This document shows, one piece after another, positions 32,401-41,170 of a stretch of DNA of 41,170 bases (its first letter is position 1; every line of letters begins with the position of its first letter). The stretch is from Corallochytrium limacisporum Hawaii (taxonomy: Eukaryota > Protista > Pluriformea), in contig PDIP01000016.1 in assembly GCA_002811645.1 (NCBI GenBank), positions 207,572 to 248,741 on the forward strand. Reading direction: 5' to 3'. The notes beneath the pieces are model-generated. The model saw nothing but the letters and a program-made list of their open reading frames with translations, was not told where the DNA came from and made no database searches. The translations under genes and the position numbers were made by a program.

Positions 32401-34823
32401 TCTCAGGCCTCTACATGGCCCGCTCCGATATTTCCCCTGTGGTCCGGCAAGCTGCCCTGCACGTCTGGAAGCAGGTCGTCCACAATACCGCGCGCACTCT
32501 GCGTGACATCATTTCGACGCTTATGCAGCTGCTTCTCAGTTCCCTTGCTTCCGACTCTATGGACCGAAAGGCCGTTGCTGCGCGTACTCTAGGTGATCTG
32601 GTAAAGAAGCTTAGCGAGCGTGTGCTACCGGAGCTGATCCCCACATTGGAGAGTGCTCTGAAGGATTCAGTGGACGATCCAAGTCGCCGTCTGGGTGTTG
32701 CTACTGGTCTTGGAGAGATGCTCAAGGCTTGTCCGAAGGATCATCTCGTCAACTACGTAGACTCGCTGCTCTCATTAGTGCAAGAGTTGCTGTGTGATAG
32801 CGACGCTGAAGTCCAGGAGTCCGCTGCTGAGGCATTTGACTATCTGCACCGAGCCATCGGTGCCCAAGTCATTGATGAAATTGTACCGTCTCTGCTCAAA
32901 CAGCTCGACACTCATGAGATTCAAGAAGATCCCGAACAACAGCAGAGGTTGTTGTCTGGTCTTCGCCAAATTATTAGCGTGAAGGCCATGGTTGTGCTGC
33001 CCTACATCATGCCTATGTTGCTAGCAACACCTGCTACTCCGACGCAGGCACGTGCTCTAAGTGCTATCGTCGGTGTTGCTGGAAGTGCAATCAATCGTTA
33101 CCTCGGTGCTGCCCTGGACACCCTCCTGGAATCCGCGGCTGAGGCCAGCGTGCAGAAGGACGACAGATCCCTGGAAGCCCTCGAAGATGCTACCATGGCT
33201 CTGGTCAACTCTGTGGACCACCCACAGGCGGTGGGAATCTTAGTCTCCGAATTGTCTCAGAAATCCGTGAATGATAAGCCGATGATCCGCCTTATCAGTG
33301 TCAAGTGCATTGGCAGACTGTTCCAGGTCCATGGCGTCGGTGAAGGCTCCCCGATGCAAGCGTTTGTCCAGGACGGATTGGATACGCTGCTGCAGCGGAT
33401 GGCAGATCCCGCGGAAGAGGTGCTACCTCATGCTCATGCAGCCCTCGCAGCACTGACTGCGACCATTCGCAAGGAGGACCAGGCACAGTACGTGCCGCAC
33501 CTAGTACGCTGTCTGCAACCTCTGCCGACTACTAGTGAAGGGCTGGTGCGCGGCTTCTGCTTGACTAAGGGCGTGGGGCCAATCTTACCCATGCTTCTGC
33601 ACGGCCTGATCTATGGTCTTCCAGAGACGAAACAACAGGCAGCCAAGGGCATCGAACTAGTGGTACAGCGCACGTCTGCAGACGCTCTAAAACCGTTTGT
33701 CATTCAGATTACTGGTCCACTGATTCGTGTCGTGGGTGATCGGTTCAACTGGCGGGTGAAAGCCGCTATTCTGAACGCGCTGACTACCCTCATAATCAAG
33801 GTCGGCCCAATGCTGAAGCCTTTCATACCCCAGCTACAGACTACATTCACCAAGACTCTGCAGGATCCTAATGAGCCGATTCGCACAATGGCTGCAGAGG
33901 GTCTGGGCCAGATCAGTGCCTTGCATACCCGCACTGATCCTCTAATCACTGACCTTTGCAACAGTGCGGCCAAGAACGGCACCGCCAGCAACCCAACCCA
34001 GGCCACCGAGACATCCGCATCCCCACACGATCTCTGTAGCTCACAGCTGCTGGCTTTGGAGCGTGTCCTCGAGGGCATTCCCCAGAGCCCTGCAGATAGC
34101 GTTCGTGCGTCCATTCTGGAAAACCTGAAGACTATGATGGATCCGGACAAAACCAATGACAAGATTGCCAGCGCGGCAGCAAAGGCCCAGGTGTACCTCG
34201 GCCGCTTCTTGGACGACAAACAGTTTGCGGACGAAATTGTCGCGCCTGCGACCGCGTCAACACGAACATTTGGCAGCGCCCAGATGCTCGCAGAGCTTGT
34301 CAAGGCCCACAGTGAGCGAGTAATGAAGCTTGGCCACTTCAACGCCTGCGTCATTGCGGCCACAGCAGATGCGGGCAGCGAAAAGATTGGTGTTGCGATG
34401 TCCGGCAGTGAGAGTGTGGCCGGACTGATGCTTCTCGGCCAGGAGACGGGAACAGAAATTCCCCAAACGCTCATCGAGGCACTCTGTGAAGGTGCCAAGC
34501 AAGGGGTAGGTGACACGCGCCGTGCTGCTATCGACTCTATTGCGACTATCGCGGAAAAGGACATCGGTGTCGTGTTCCAATTCCTCAAGCCCATCATGGA
34601 GGCACTGGTCGTGGGTCTGCGGGAGAGGAATATTCCGGTCAAGCTTGCTAGCGAACGTGCTACAATTGAGATTCTCAAGCAGGCCGAGGACTCAGTGATG
34701 GGTCAAACGAATGAAATTTTGTCACCAATTGATGCAAAATTCTTCATTGACTACCACAAACGCGTCCTAAGTCGTAAGCTCAAGGAAGCACAGGATAACG
34801 ACTACGGCCAGGACGGTGCCTAA
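26442..34823 (+). CDS. GCN1: GCN1, HEAT-repeat activator of the eIF2-alpha kinase GCN2
   Basis: RRGAAYGLAAVIKGLG, LGRLFEPYVVQML, KLSAHGVKLVLPTLL, WRTKQGSAEMLG, CAPKQLSSALP, IRNPEVQ, GLFDDNWRIRQSSVQLMGDLL, QITGPLIRVVGDRF. 2793 aa in one exon. Confidence 0.97.
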   Translation: MAIEVTIEVGSPRHGDSGKKSHLSMAQCIALMTHSSFNLRLLGLKGIVEKVESDEKLIPGDAQDVLQGILVLLQRNTDADTLLAARAVLNALLNREDLALATANTIAQRLVPQNKGLYEYGTGRRRREKKAALETSQWAALCLGVFDRKQAIANVPDDKLRKVKPIVFRNALMALGYGVMYLIGRIGNEDSVNDARMLAAMYQLSSLRKVSTETVTEAAKVALEEKGDTTDSQAVLASIGTIMSRHRDGVPREAAIKKWVDTCIVVKKAADRRLVTALAPLVSSITEEEYQKYIKEHFHRQLVRGPEAIAIPLAVSCTKMRAKERTLNELTDPAEMKKILSASVELLCGSSPERRNNGKLMLLETITILVKGELDIESDIITPLKKSSGWKQADNRLSAVSFFALLAKAPANRDLLSEIAPKVLLFLVKDVLKSDASMDVQMAIVNCLAAWQNVIGEKVDDNVLVVLLDMLRSSSVKTPVRGAIADMLSGAETMNSFSGAWEHKSSKEWGLLESWTGKIDASFTEKEKGEDIAMKIVTMSPAVRFGVPAVLQKLDGMGKDIIAALVTDKVYAAMNEENAHSFGPLLRHFCLDAEDLPKKGLPTLLRLAARMAFHSSGSVRVTALRLLRAACGAVSVADGQNRPILALAACEDTLDSIPIGVQEQHWFSALLRSMAISFGTAVKKTESKHAAAMDFALAITPLCHDRHLSRQEIGRASKTNATVFGSAWHDIMDLIGSDVVEQYDVAAAWLKNHLLVDEDGTKAGDEFLIHHTLRPRNIATTRTLSEVAPKVAADVLALPILTCLHQDALKQFKQEDFLIAQMKDGQLFDHGVVDKILDKMADKNQKKESKLYSHEDQLWEAKVRAEQTAKMMKEGKFKFNKDQQKLVDEQLAKEKAVRAEVNKVLGNLNSAVDLLVASTASGAMIAWKPHVMALMNILLTLARDYLPPTVILNQILRALDGLSALAKSLSMLQRAACAQALLRLCGGDGVLRVSSQEQFNQITGENRLLDDESAVTRAVVLHEADWASENSRLLMGEKALEMATLHPSDIGLADFLQPGVEYVLEKRLQKLSLAGLSVLEVSSNKLRDSCVPLDRKFNLLIKSLSTMSDSDPKIAKKIQDVLIIYAEAYAATLKSGNDSEHLGLTILSPLFDATTHAESFIRDTAVKCLAFMPELPDDPMSKAHLAVLTEVPEESTRRQAEALWKRIGWTLERDQIPYILDLNTSQTSLDLIEPASKCLRKCLVAHPSAVSGTLKDILERYHQLLIIPEPERDAVGNLIKREYIDPCAGRSGLAMSIEKSADLIPSEEDFTMMITFFLTEGCGDRAESTRASMLSSATAVMEKTPGAPQYVDKVLPQVQGVLDRPAKTGQGLERQIDDAIRQAAVILLGTAAKHLPKEDERIPPIITKLFVALKTPSQLVQEAAADRLAPLIGSVKSVKDDGENLVKTMLTDLFEGPDFGTRRGAAYGLAAVIKGLGMPSLKQYEVLATLKEAMADKKSPKRREGGVMAFECLCTRLGRLFEPYVVQMLGDLLMCFGDGNKDVREAAEDASRAVMAKLSAHGVKLVLPTLLSSLDDSAWRTKQGSAEMLGFMAHCAPKQLSSALPQVVPKLVSSTLTDSHAKVQAAGKESLREIGRVIRNPEVQHIAPVLLDALIDPSKHTPKALQALLDTTFVHFIDAASLALLVPILQRAMKERSTDTKKMAAQIIGNIANLTETKDLLPYIREGTLLPGLQTILLDPIPELRALAAGALGKIVGTVGEENFPDVIPWCLDHLRAEGSSIDRAGAAQGLAEVLGGLSRGAALKTVKDEDDDDEEGNEMDEGTDEQTNAIVKRLDRLMEEFIIQTSSVKPHVREGNMLMFVFLPSVFKDRFLPYVADVLPCVLRGLADESEFVRDSALRAGQMIINNFADRSVELFLPNLEDGLFDDNWRIRQSSVQLMGDLLARIAGQEAKKGTTIGDEDDAFGTELGTAAILEKLGSGRRNRVLSGLYMARSDISPVVRQAALHVWKQVVHNTARTLRDIISTLMQLLLSSLASDSMDRKAVAARTLGDLVKKLSERVLPELIPTLESALKDSVDDPSRRLGVATGLGEMLKACPKDHLVNYVDSLLSLVQELLCDSDAEVQESAAEAFDYLHRAIGAQVIDEIVPSLLKQLDTHEIQEDPEQQQRLLSGLRQIISVKAMVVLPYIMPMLLATPATPTQARALSAIVGVAGSAINRYLGAALDTLLESAAEASVQKDDRSLEALEDATMALVNSVDHPQAVGILVSELSQKSVNDKPMIRLISVKCIGRLFQVHGVGEGSPMQAFVQDGLDTLLQRMADPAEEVLPHAHAALAALTATIRKEDQAQYVPHLVRCLQPLPTTSEGLVRGFCLTKGVGPILPMLLHGLIYGLPETKQQAAKGIELVVQRTSADALKPFVIQITGPLIRVVGDRFNWRVKAAILNALTTLIIKVGPMLKPFIPQLQTTFTKTLQDPNEPIRTMAAEGLGQISALHTRTDPLITDLCNSAAKNGTASNPTQATETSASPHDLCSSQLLALERVLEGIPQSPADSVRASILENLKTMMDPDKTNDKIASAAAKAQVYLGRFLDDKQFADEIVAPATASTRTFGSAQMLAELVKAHSERVMKLGHFNACVIAATADAGSEKIGVAMSGSESVAGLMLLGQETGTEIPQTLIEALCEGAKQGVGDTRRAAIDSIATIAEKDIGVVFQFLKPIMEALVVGLRERNIPVKLASERATIEILKQAEDSVMGQTNEILSPIDAKFFIDYHKRVLSRKLKEAQDNDYGQDGA

Positions 34824-35129
34824 GCAATGATTCTATAGTTTGCCTTCATCGTCAGAACCAATACTCTTTTATCAATAGATGGTACCATTTACATGTGTGT
34901 TTTGTCGTATACACTTTCTATTTGTCTGTATTCATGTACTTCGGGAGCGAAGCCAACCTATCTCTAAACCTTCGTCCTGTGACAGCCCAAACTTGAGAAC
35001 CGAGGCGCCCGCCCCAATCAATTTCTTGTACTGGTAGGCCAAATAACAAAAAAGAATAGGCCTCGTCCAGAAGAAAGTGGCCAGCGGCTCCCTAGCGGGC
35101 ACACTTCACCCCTGGGCCCGCTGAGCCCG

Positions 35130-35480
35130 CTGCGCTACCACAAAACCCGGTCCCCACCCGACCCACTGCCCACTGTGCCTCCTGCACCCGATTAGGCCCC
35201 CCCCCCGGGGGGGAGGTTCTCCCCCGGGGAGGGAAGATAGAGGCAAACAACCATAAAAAACTACAACGCTGATCCAACAACAATCGTTCGGTGGTCCAGC
35301 GGCACACACAGGCAGAAGGGTTGGGGGGGGAGGGGAGGGGGACGGGGAACGGTTTGCATCCAAAAAGGACAGAGGGAGAGTAATGAAGGGAACCGTCTCC
35401 CCTCCCCACCCCCCCCAAAGAGAGAGAGATGGGAGGTAATCCCACCGCGACATTTGCGAGCAAGGGAAGGGGGGCCCTGG
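35130..35480. other. G/C-tract island upstream of BLTP3
   Basis: C10G7 at 35197-35213, C5G4 at 35221-35229, G-runs at 35318-35347. Confidence 0.6.
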
Positions 35481-35983
35481 GGGCCAGAGCCGAGGAGAGC
35501 GGTTGTGCTGTGCAAGCAAGCAAGCAAAGCAAAGCAAGAAAATGAGGGGGACTCCAGCGGAACGGGAAGAAAAAGAAATAACCCGAGAGTGTTGGGACGT
35601 TGCGGCAGTACGGTCCCTGGCCATTTCTTCCAGGGCGTCACGGCCCGCCCTCAGGTCGTGAAGTGGGGGACGTCCAGGCCCTGCCTCCCCAAAAACTGTG
35701 ACAATCGTCCCGTAACATTGGGAAATTGTTTCGGGTTCGTTGTGCTGAGATACTGTTTTGCTCTTTCGCACTCTGTAGGGTATTTTGAACAGTGTCCGAA
35801 CCTAAAGACAAAAGGCTGGGTAGTGCAGGATCACACAAAGTATGAGGTCAGGCAGAGTTCTTACTAGTACGCATGCAAATATGAAATACTGAACATATAA
35901 ACTCTTCGGAATTTGGGCCTTCGAATTAAATCGAAGGTTAGGAGAATAGCAAACGAAGTCCGTGTGAGACGTTTTCCACAACA

Positions 35984-38900
35984 ATGACGAGTGTGATTAA
36001 AAAGAAATTGATTGCGGGTCTTGGCCGTTTCACCAAGAACCTGCAGCCCAGTGATGTAGATATTAGCATCATGAAGGGAACCGGCTATCTTAAGGAGGTC
36101 GAGCTTGATGAAGTATATCTCCAGGCCAGTATGTTTCTGCCTGCATGCTTCCGTATTGTAAAGGCGTCCGCCGAGGACATTGGCATCAGCCTCAGTTTTA
36201 CAAAGATCCAAAGGGAGCCAGTTGTACTTAACGTGGGCCGTGTCAACGTCGTCATCGAGGTATGTGAGGACAAACAGAAGAACCTCGATCTTTTGCGGCA
36301 AATGGCAGAGTGTGAGGTAGCTAAAGGGACTATCGTTAAGTATGGATTCATCGAAAAGGTGATTGATGGTCTGACGTTGAACGTGAAGCGCACGAAGGTG
36401 GACATTCGTGGATCCTACCCGGGTTGTCCTATTCAGACTATTTTGGCCATTGACATTGATTCAATGAGCCTGCGGGCTGCGGATGCATCCTTCTTGCCTG
36501 TAACTGACATTCGCAAGGCGATTCGACCCCGCGGAAACAGCATTATGGTCGGACGGCAGCTGACCATGGGCACCGCAGCCTTTAGTATCATTCCCAAAGG
36601 CGAGGACAAGAAGGATGATTCAACGATCTACCTTTCGCCGGTGACGGTCAATGTGGAAGTGAAGCGTGAAACCGCGACTTCAGAAGTGTTGGCAGCGCGT
36701 CTAGTAATGCTTCTGGAATCCCTGGCCTTCTCTCTGAGCCGCAGCCAGCTGGTCGCAATGGCTTTATTCACGCATCTTATTGATCAGCTGCTCTACGAAA
36801 ACGCAGTGGCCATGGTGAACGAGGACAAGGAAGAGTATCGCAAGGAGGCCATGCGTCGAAGCAATCCAGACCTTCAAGTTGAAAAAGAAAAGGACGCAGA
36901 GAGCATGGACGGAGACGCCCTGGAAGGTCTGGAGCCAGCAGCAGGCGACATTCCGGATGTCAGCGAGAGCACGTTCAGTGTAGAGGCTGCCGTTGCCATT
37001 GTCCGTCTGACTGACGAAAGAGGGGCATTCAGCATGCTTCAGGGTGACAATTTGCATTTAGAATTTATGCCGGGTCGGAGCTACAACTCTCTTGGCAACG
37101 ATTGGATCGAGGGATTGCATCTATTGCCCCCAGATGAGTCGCAGAAGTTGGTGGAGCGCATTATTACTATTTCACTGACTAATTTGGCCGTAACACCCGC
37201 CCGCGACCGATTGGACCACGCCGATGTTGGCCATACCATATTCTGTGTGAACAAGGGCAAGGAAGATCTGGAAATGCTGCGTATTGAACTCACCGAATAT
37301 TTCCGTAAAGAGCCACTATCACCTCAGTTCGAGCCCAAGGTCCGTCCCGCCGCGTGGATGCGGCTACAACCAATGCAGATGATGGCCGTCCCGAAACAGC
37401 TGATCGCGTTGCTCAAATTTGTGACGCCCCTAATGTCGACATTCTCCTCAACTGCGCACCTCGCCCCGGAAACGCCTGCTGTGGACATGTCTGAAGTAAG
37501 TAGTCTATCGGACGCTGTTGCGATTCACATGGACTTTAACGTGGAGTTCCTGGGAGCGAACCTGGTTATTCCTCCTCTGACGCCGTCCATTGCCGAGGAT
37601 GCCGTATCCTGCCTGTCCATTGGGTGTGATCGTTTTGAGCTCAACTCTAAGCTCATGGACCAAGGTAACGCTGCTCTTGTTCATTGCCTGTCTCGCTGGT
37701 TGTTCACAGAGAGTGATAAGTTTCCGAACGATAATAATGCAGGTGACACCTGCCCATTCTTTGGCAACGGGGACAAGCTCGTGGACATGATGGAGCAGTT
37801 TCCAGTACGCCTGGCGGCACGGGCACAGGACATTCATATATCATTTGGATCTCTGGATGACTTGAAAAAGGAAAGCTGTCTGCGCCTGCGTGACGTCGGT
37901 GTCCAGCTTCGTGCGGGTGATTTTGAGGGTGTGAAACAGGATATCCTTATGCTACACGCACCAGGGGAGATGTCAGTGGACTTTTTGCCGCACTATTTCT
38001 TCTTCCTACTGAAGACAGTCCGAGCGGCTCTGAAGCAGGACTACAGGAGTGCCATGGATGCTTTCAACGAGGTTGCAACATCGCTGGAGGGCAGCCCAGA
38101 ACCAATTGTGAAGAAGACAGAGGAACTCATAAGCTTTGACGACGACGTCACCGACGATGCCGTGGCACCGAAAACACCACCCGAACCTAAAGCGCTGTTG
38201 CTGCTAGGTACGTTCCCGAAATTTAGCATGGGAGGTGCGTCTGTCGGTGTGGACGTAAATGAGACTGACATCTTCTGTCAGATTGACTCTGAGAGGGTTA
38301 CTTTGAAGACAGTGACGGGCTATCTGGGCATGACGGGAGCAAAGGAAAATGATGAAGCGGGTACCGTGGAAGAGGACAAAGTAGACCGTGTCCTGGTGCG
38401 GGCGTTGATGGATGAGCAGCATTCCAGTGTTAAAGTCTTGGCCCAGCACATCCATCTGTGGTTCACTGAAAAGCACACGGAGAAGCTCATGGAAATTTAT
38501 GAGAAAATTCCTCCCAAGTTTAGCAGCGAGCTCGTGGAGAGCATCCAGGAGGCCTACGAGGCCTACCCGGCAGTCCTAGAAGACATGACCCCGCCAGCAA
38601 GCGCAGAAGTGGCGACAAAGTCTACGCGAGACAGTAATTTGGGTGCTCGGGCGGCCACCTTGCGAAATATTGAGACCGACTTTGACGTTGAAATCCTGGC
38701 ACGTGCATGTCGCTTTGGCGTGTATGGCCGGAATCCTCTCTATCTGGACCAGACCATCCTGCGCAGACCTAAGGGCAGCAGCTGGTTCTTTGGCCCAGCT
38801 ACAACGGACGACGAGATATGCAAGTACATGAATCTGGCCATGAAAAATAATTGCAATGAAATGAGCGTGGATCAAAAGGTGCAGCGGCTTGATGCGCAAG

Positions 38901-39202
38901 TACAGAAGGAGGTCCAGAAGCGTCTCGTCTTGGAAGAGCAGATTCGGGCACTCCTTGAGGAAAAGAACAAACCGAAGACTGCGGAGAATGGTGACACCAG
39001 TGGCGCCAGAGAGCAAATGACGGCCAATTTGAAAGCTGCTGCCGAGTCTATGGAGAAAGAGAATACTATGCTCATTCAAAAGATTGCTGAGCTTGAAGAG
39101 CAGAAGATGATTGAGCAAGAGAAACTCACAATGACATACATGGCCATGTTGGACGAAAAGGAAAACGAAATTGCCATGCTACGCAGAAAGGCAGGCATTT
39201 AA
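35984..39202 (+). CDS. BLTP3: Bridge-like lipid transfer protein BLTP3 (UHRF1BP1/SHIP164 family) with Chorein_N and C-terminal coiled coil
   Basis: N-terminus MTSVIKKKLIAGLGRFTKNLQPSDVDISIMKGTGYLKEVELDE...YGFIEKVIDGLTLNV resembles the UHRF1BP1L start (IIKKQILKHLSRFTKNL...YGFAEKVVEG). E/K/Q-rich heptads at the C-terminus. Confidence 0.85.
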   Translation: MTSVIKKKLIAGLGRFTKNLQPSDVDISIMKGTGYLKEVELDEVYLQASMFLPACFRIVKASAEDIGISLSFTKIQREPVVLNVGRVNVVIEVCEDKQKNLDLLRQMAECEVAKGTIVKYGFIEKVIDGLTLNVKRTKVDIRGSYPGCPIQTILAIDIDSMSLRAADASFLPVTDIRKAIRPRGNSIMVGRQLTMGTAAFSIIPKGEDKKDDSTIYLSPVTVNVEVKRETATSEVLAARLVMLLESLAFSLSRSQLVAMALFTHLIDQLLYENAVAMVNEDKEEYRKEAMRRSNPDLQVEKEKDAESMDGDALEGLEPAAGDIPDVSESTFSVEAAVAIVRLTDERGAFSMLQGDNLHLEFMPGRSYNSLGNDWIEGLHLLPPDESQKLVERIITISLTNLAVTPARDRLDHADVGHTIFCVNKGKEDLEMLRIELTEYFRKEPLSPQFEPKVRPAAWMRLQPMQMMAVPKQLIALLKFVTPLMSTFSSTAHLAPETPAVDMSEVSSLSDAVAIHMDFNVEFLGANLVIPPLTPSIAEDAVSCLSIGCDRFELNSKLMDQGNAALVHCLSRWLFTESDKFPNDNNAGDTCPFFGNGDKLVDMMEQFPVRLAARAQDIHISFGSLDDLKKESCLRLRDVGVQLRAGDFEGVKQDILMLHAPGEMSVDFLPHYFFFLLKTVRAALKQDYRSAMDAFNEVATSLEGSPEPIVKKTEELISFDDDVTDDAVAPKTPPEPKALLLLGTFPKFSMGGASVGVDVNETDIFCQIDSERVTLKTVTGYLGMTGAKENDEAGTVEEDKVDRVLVRALMDEQHSSVKVLAQHIHLWFTEKHTEKLMEIYEKIPPKFSSELVESIQEAYEAYPAVLEDMTPPASAEVATKSTRDSNLGARAATLRNIETDFDVEILARACRFGVYGRNPLYLDQTILRRPKGSSWFFGPATTDDEICKYMNLAMKNNCNEMSVDQKVQRLDAQVQKEVQKRLVLEEQIRALLEEKNKPKTAENGDTSGAREQMTANLKAAAESMEKENTMLIQKIAELEEQKMIEQEKLTMTYMAMLDEKENEIAMLRRKAGI

Positions 39203-39622
39203 AACGACAGATTCCGCACGACACACACAATACAGGATTTGAATACTTACAGCTCTCCTTTGTGCGCACTCCATGGGCTTCAGGGCATCACGGTCTGTGG
39301 TCGAAAGGACACGTCACAGTGAAGCAGAGCAGAGCTTCCAGATGGATTGTACAGCCTACCCTAGAGCCGAGCCGAGAAGGCCTTGAGCCTCAAGCAGTGG
39401 GGCGCCTCGAGAGGTCTGAATTTCCTGGTGTGGCCCTTCACTGCGCTTCCTCATTTGTTGGACTCGGCGTGTGAGCAAAACAACCCCTCCCCAAGAACCC
39501 CTCCCTCGTCAGTCGGACAGCCAGTCTCCGCGGTACTAAGCTGGAATCATGTGGTTGCAGACACGGCGTCGTCACCTGTTCATCAAGCAACGACCATATA
39601 AACTATTCCCGGGAGCCCGCTG

Positions 39623-40108
39623 CTACGGACGAAGCAGGTATGACCAGTTATCTATCGTCTGCTTCGAGAAACAATAGCATTTCTCGAGGTGTGCCTTCTC
39701 AGCGGCATCAAAATGGAAGGATTGGTGCGGGTTCGGCAAGTCACGAGCGATTTGTGGAAAATCGATTGCACGCGGGCATCCACTGTGATTCTCAAGTATA
39801 CAAGGGGACTGGCTTTCCTTCCATTTCATCAGCGAGGAAAAGAAAGTCTGTAAGAGGTCCTGCTGCACACCAGTGAGACATCCAGATGGCAGGTCAGAGT
39901 GAACTCTTGGGAAGCCTTATTCTCCCCGTGTCATCCTACTCGACGAACTGGGTTCCTCCATGTACAAGTTTGAATTAGATTTCCGACTAAGTAGTTTCCT
40001 TGCTTCCACCAGTCCTTTTATTCGAAGCTTGCTATCCCAAGGACCGAATAGGCAGCCATCCACTGCAAACCCAGTGGCATGGTCTGAAGAGGTGTTCAAT
40101 TTGAACAT
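39623..40108 (-). pseudogene. Possible degraded gene: two same-frame ORFs separated by a single TAA
   Basis: ATG at 40108 (gcaccATG) reads 63 codons, hits TAA at 39917-39919, then continues 97 sense codons in the same frame to TAG at 39623-39625. No homology recognised. Confidence 0.3.
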
Positions 40109-40635
40109 GGTGCCAACCAGATAAGAAAGCTAGCATCCTTAACTACACACCTATGCGCTCCTGTTAATAGTGTAGCCATGAAGACATTTCATTACCAGCT
40201 TTTCCGTATTATCGCAGTACGGCGCTTGGTATTTCGACAGTATTGTTTGGGCTTCCCATGAGAATTTCTAAACCTACCCTGGTTTAAGCCGAAAAATTCA
40301 TTTGCCAACGCCCCGGGCCGTCCTCAGCATTAGGCAAAAGGAGAAACGCTTCTGTTCAATTGGGCCTCTTCTCACACAGATACGCCTCCAATTTCTTACC
40401 GACGAAGTCCGTAAGTTTTTGGGACTGGTCTACGACATCAACGAAATAGCTTAAGTACGATACGTGCTGCGGGCGTACGAAATTTTATGACTCATGCGCA
40501 AGAAAACCGCACGTACATCGAGGCCGCGACGAAATCGCAGCTGCTGGCACAACAGTGTCAAAAAAGCCAACCCGGAGTTCTCTAAAAATAGTCCGGAGCT
40601 CTGATGCCAACTCAGTACCAGAATCCTATGGTTCC

Positions 40636-40665
40636 TTCTTTTTTTTCTTTCTTTTTTTTTTTTTT
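40636..40665. repeat. Poly-T/pyrimidine tract
   Basis: TTCTTTTTTTTCTTTC followed by T14. Confidence 0.7.
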
Positions 40666-41170
40666 ACCCCGCGCACTGAGTCCAGAAACACTCTGCACAA
40701 CTGAATTCTCGAGGTGCGGACTCTTGCTCACTCCCAATAACGAAATTTGCTTCAAGTGATTTCCTAATATGGAATTTTATGAATAAATTTCTTTCTAGTT
40801 TTGGACAGTTGTTGTACAAGGGGCCCCGCGGAGGGTGTATCCGTGGTGGGTGAAAAAAATTCTTAAGTGTTCCCTTGAAGCCAAGGGGCCTAGTTGGAAA
40901 AGAAAGCAAGCCTTAGTGCACGTAAGGGACACCGGGATAGAAATGGGCCCGCTGGAGCACACCACCACAGTTTGCGTACCTTGTAGCCTTCTTGAAGAGC
41001 CGCACACAATGTGGAGAACGGAAGAATAAGCCTTACCACCCTCTGTCTCATAATATTAGACCGAATCTATTCAAATCACATTCATTCGAATCCCGACCGC
41101 TGTGGCGGGAAACATTTTGCGCGTTCAAACTCAGCGTAGCCGACTCTATCCCCGAGCCAATTTTCAGTCC

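Noticed and set aside
41080-41135. B-box-like ATTCGAATCC and GTTCAAACTC
   Set aside because: No cloverleaf or paired T arm could be built on either strand.
1-41170. CRISPR array, transposase or reverse transcriptase
   Set aside because: No regularly spaced repeats, terminal repeats or mobile-element protein motifs seen.

Overview
Gene-dense, apparently intronless eukaryotic DNA. The gene content (animal-type SAP30 with zinc finger, BLTP3/SHIP164, MEIG1, UNC119, fungal/proteobacterial-type PurL) suggests a unicellular holozoan with an intron-poor genome; Corallochytrium-like is an inference. In order: probable 3' end of a CDS, tRNA-Arg(TCG), tandem-domain GST-kappa/DsbA protein, CDC45, PFAS/ADE6 head-to-head with an adenosine deaminase, SAP30, a ~5 kb microsatellite and G/C-tract gene desert with two assembly gaps, an orphan 778-aa probable mitochondrial protein, MEIG1 split by a +1 frameshift whose 0-frame ends on CUU-UGA, UNC119, RER1, GCN1 preceded by five short uORFs, BLTP3, and a possible degraded ORF. 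The best leads are the MEIG1 frameshift next to a divergent UNC119, the GCN4/ATF4-like uORF array in front of GCN1, and the divergent purine gene pair with a palindromic TGACTC/CGG-N7-CCG site. All protein assignments come from motif recognition by eye; no searches were run.
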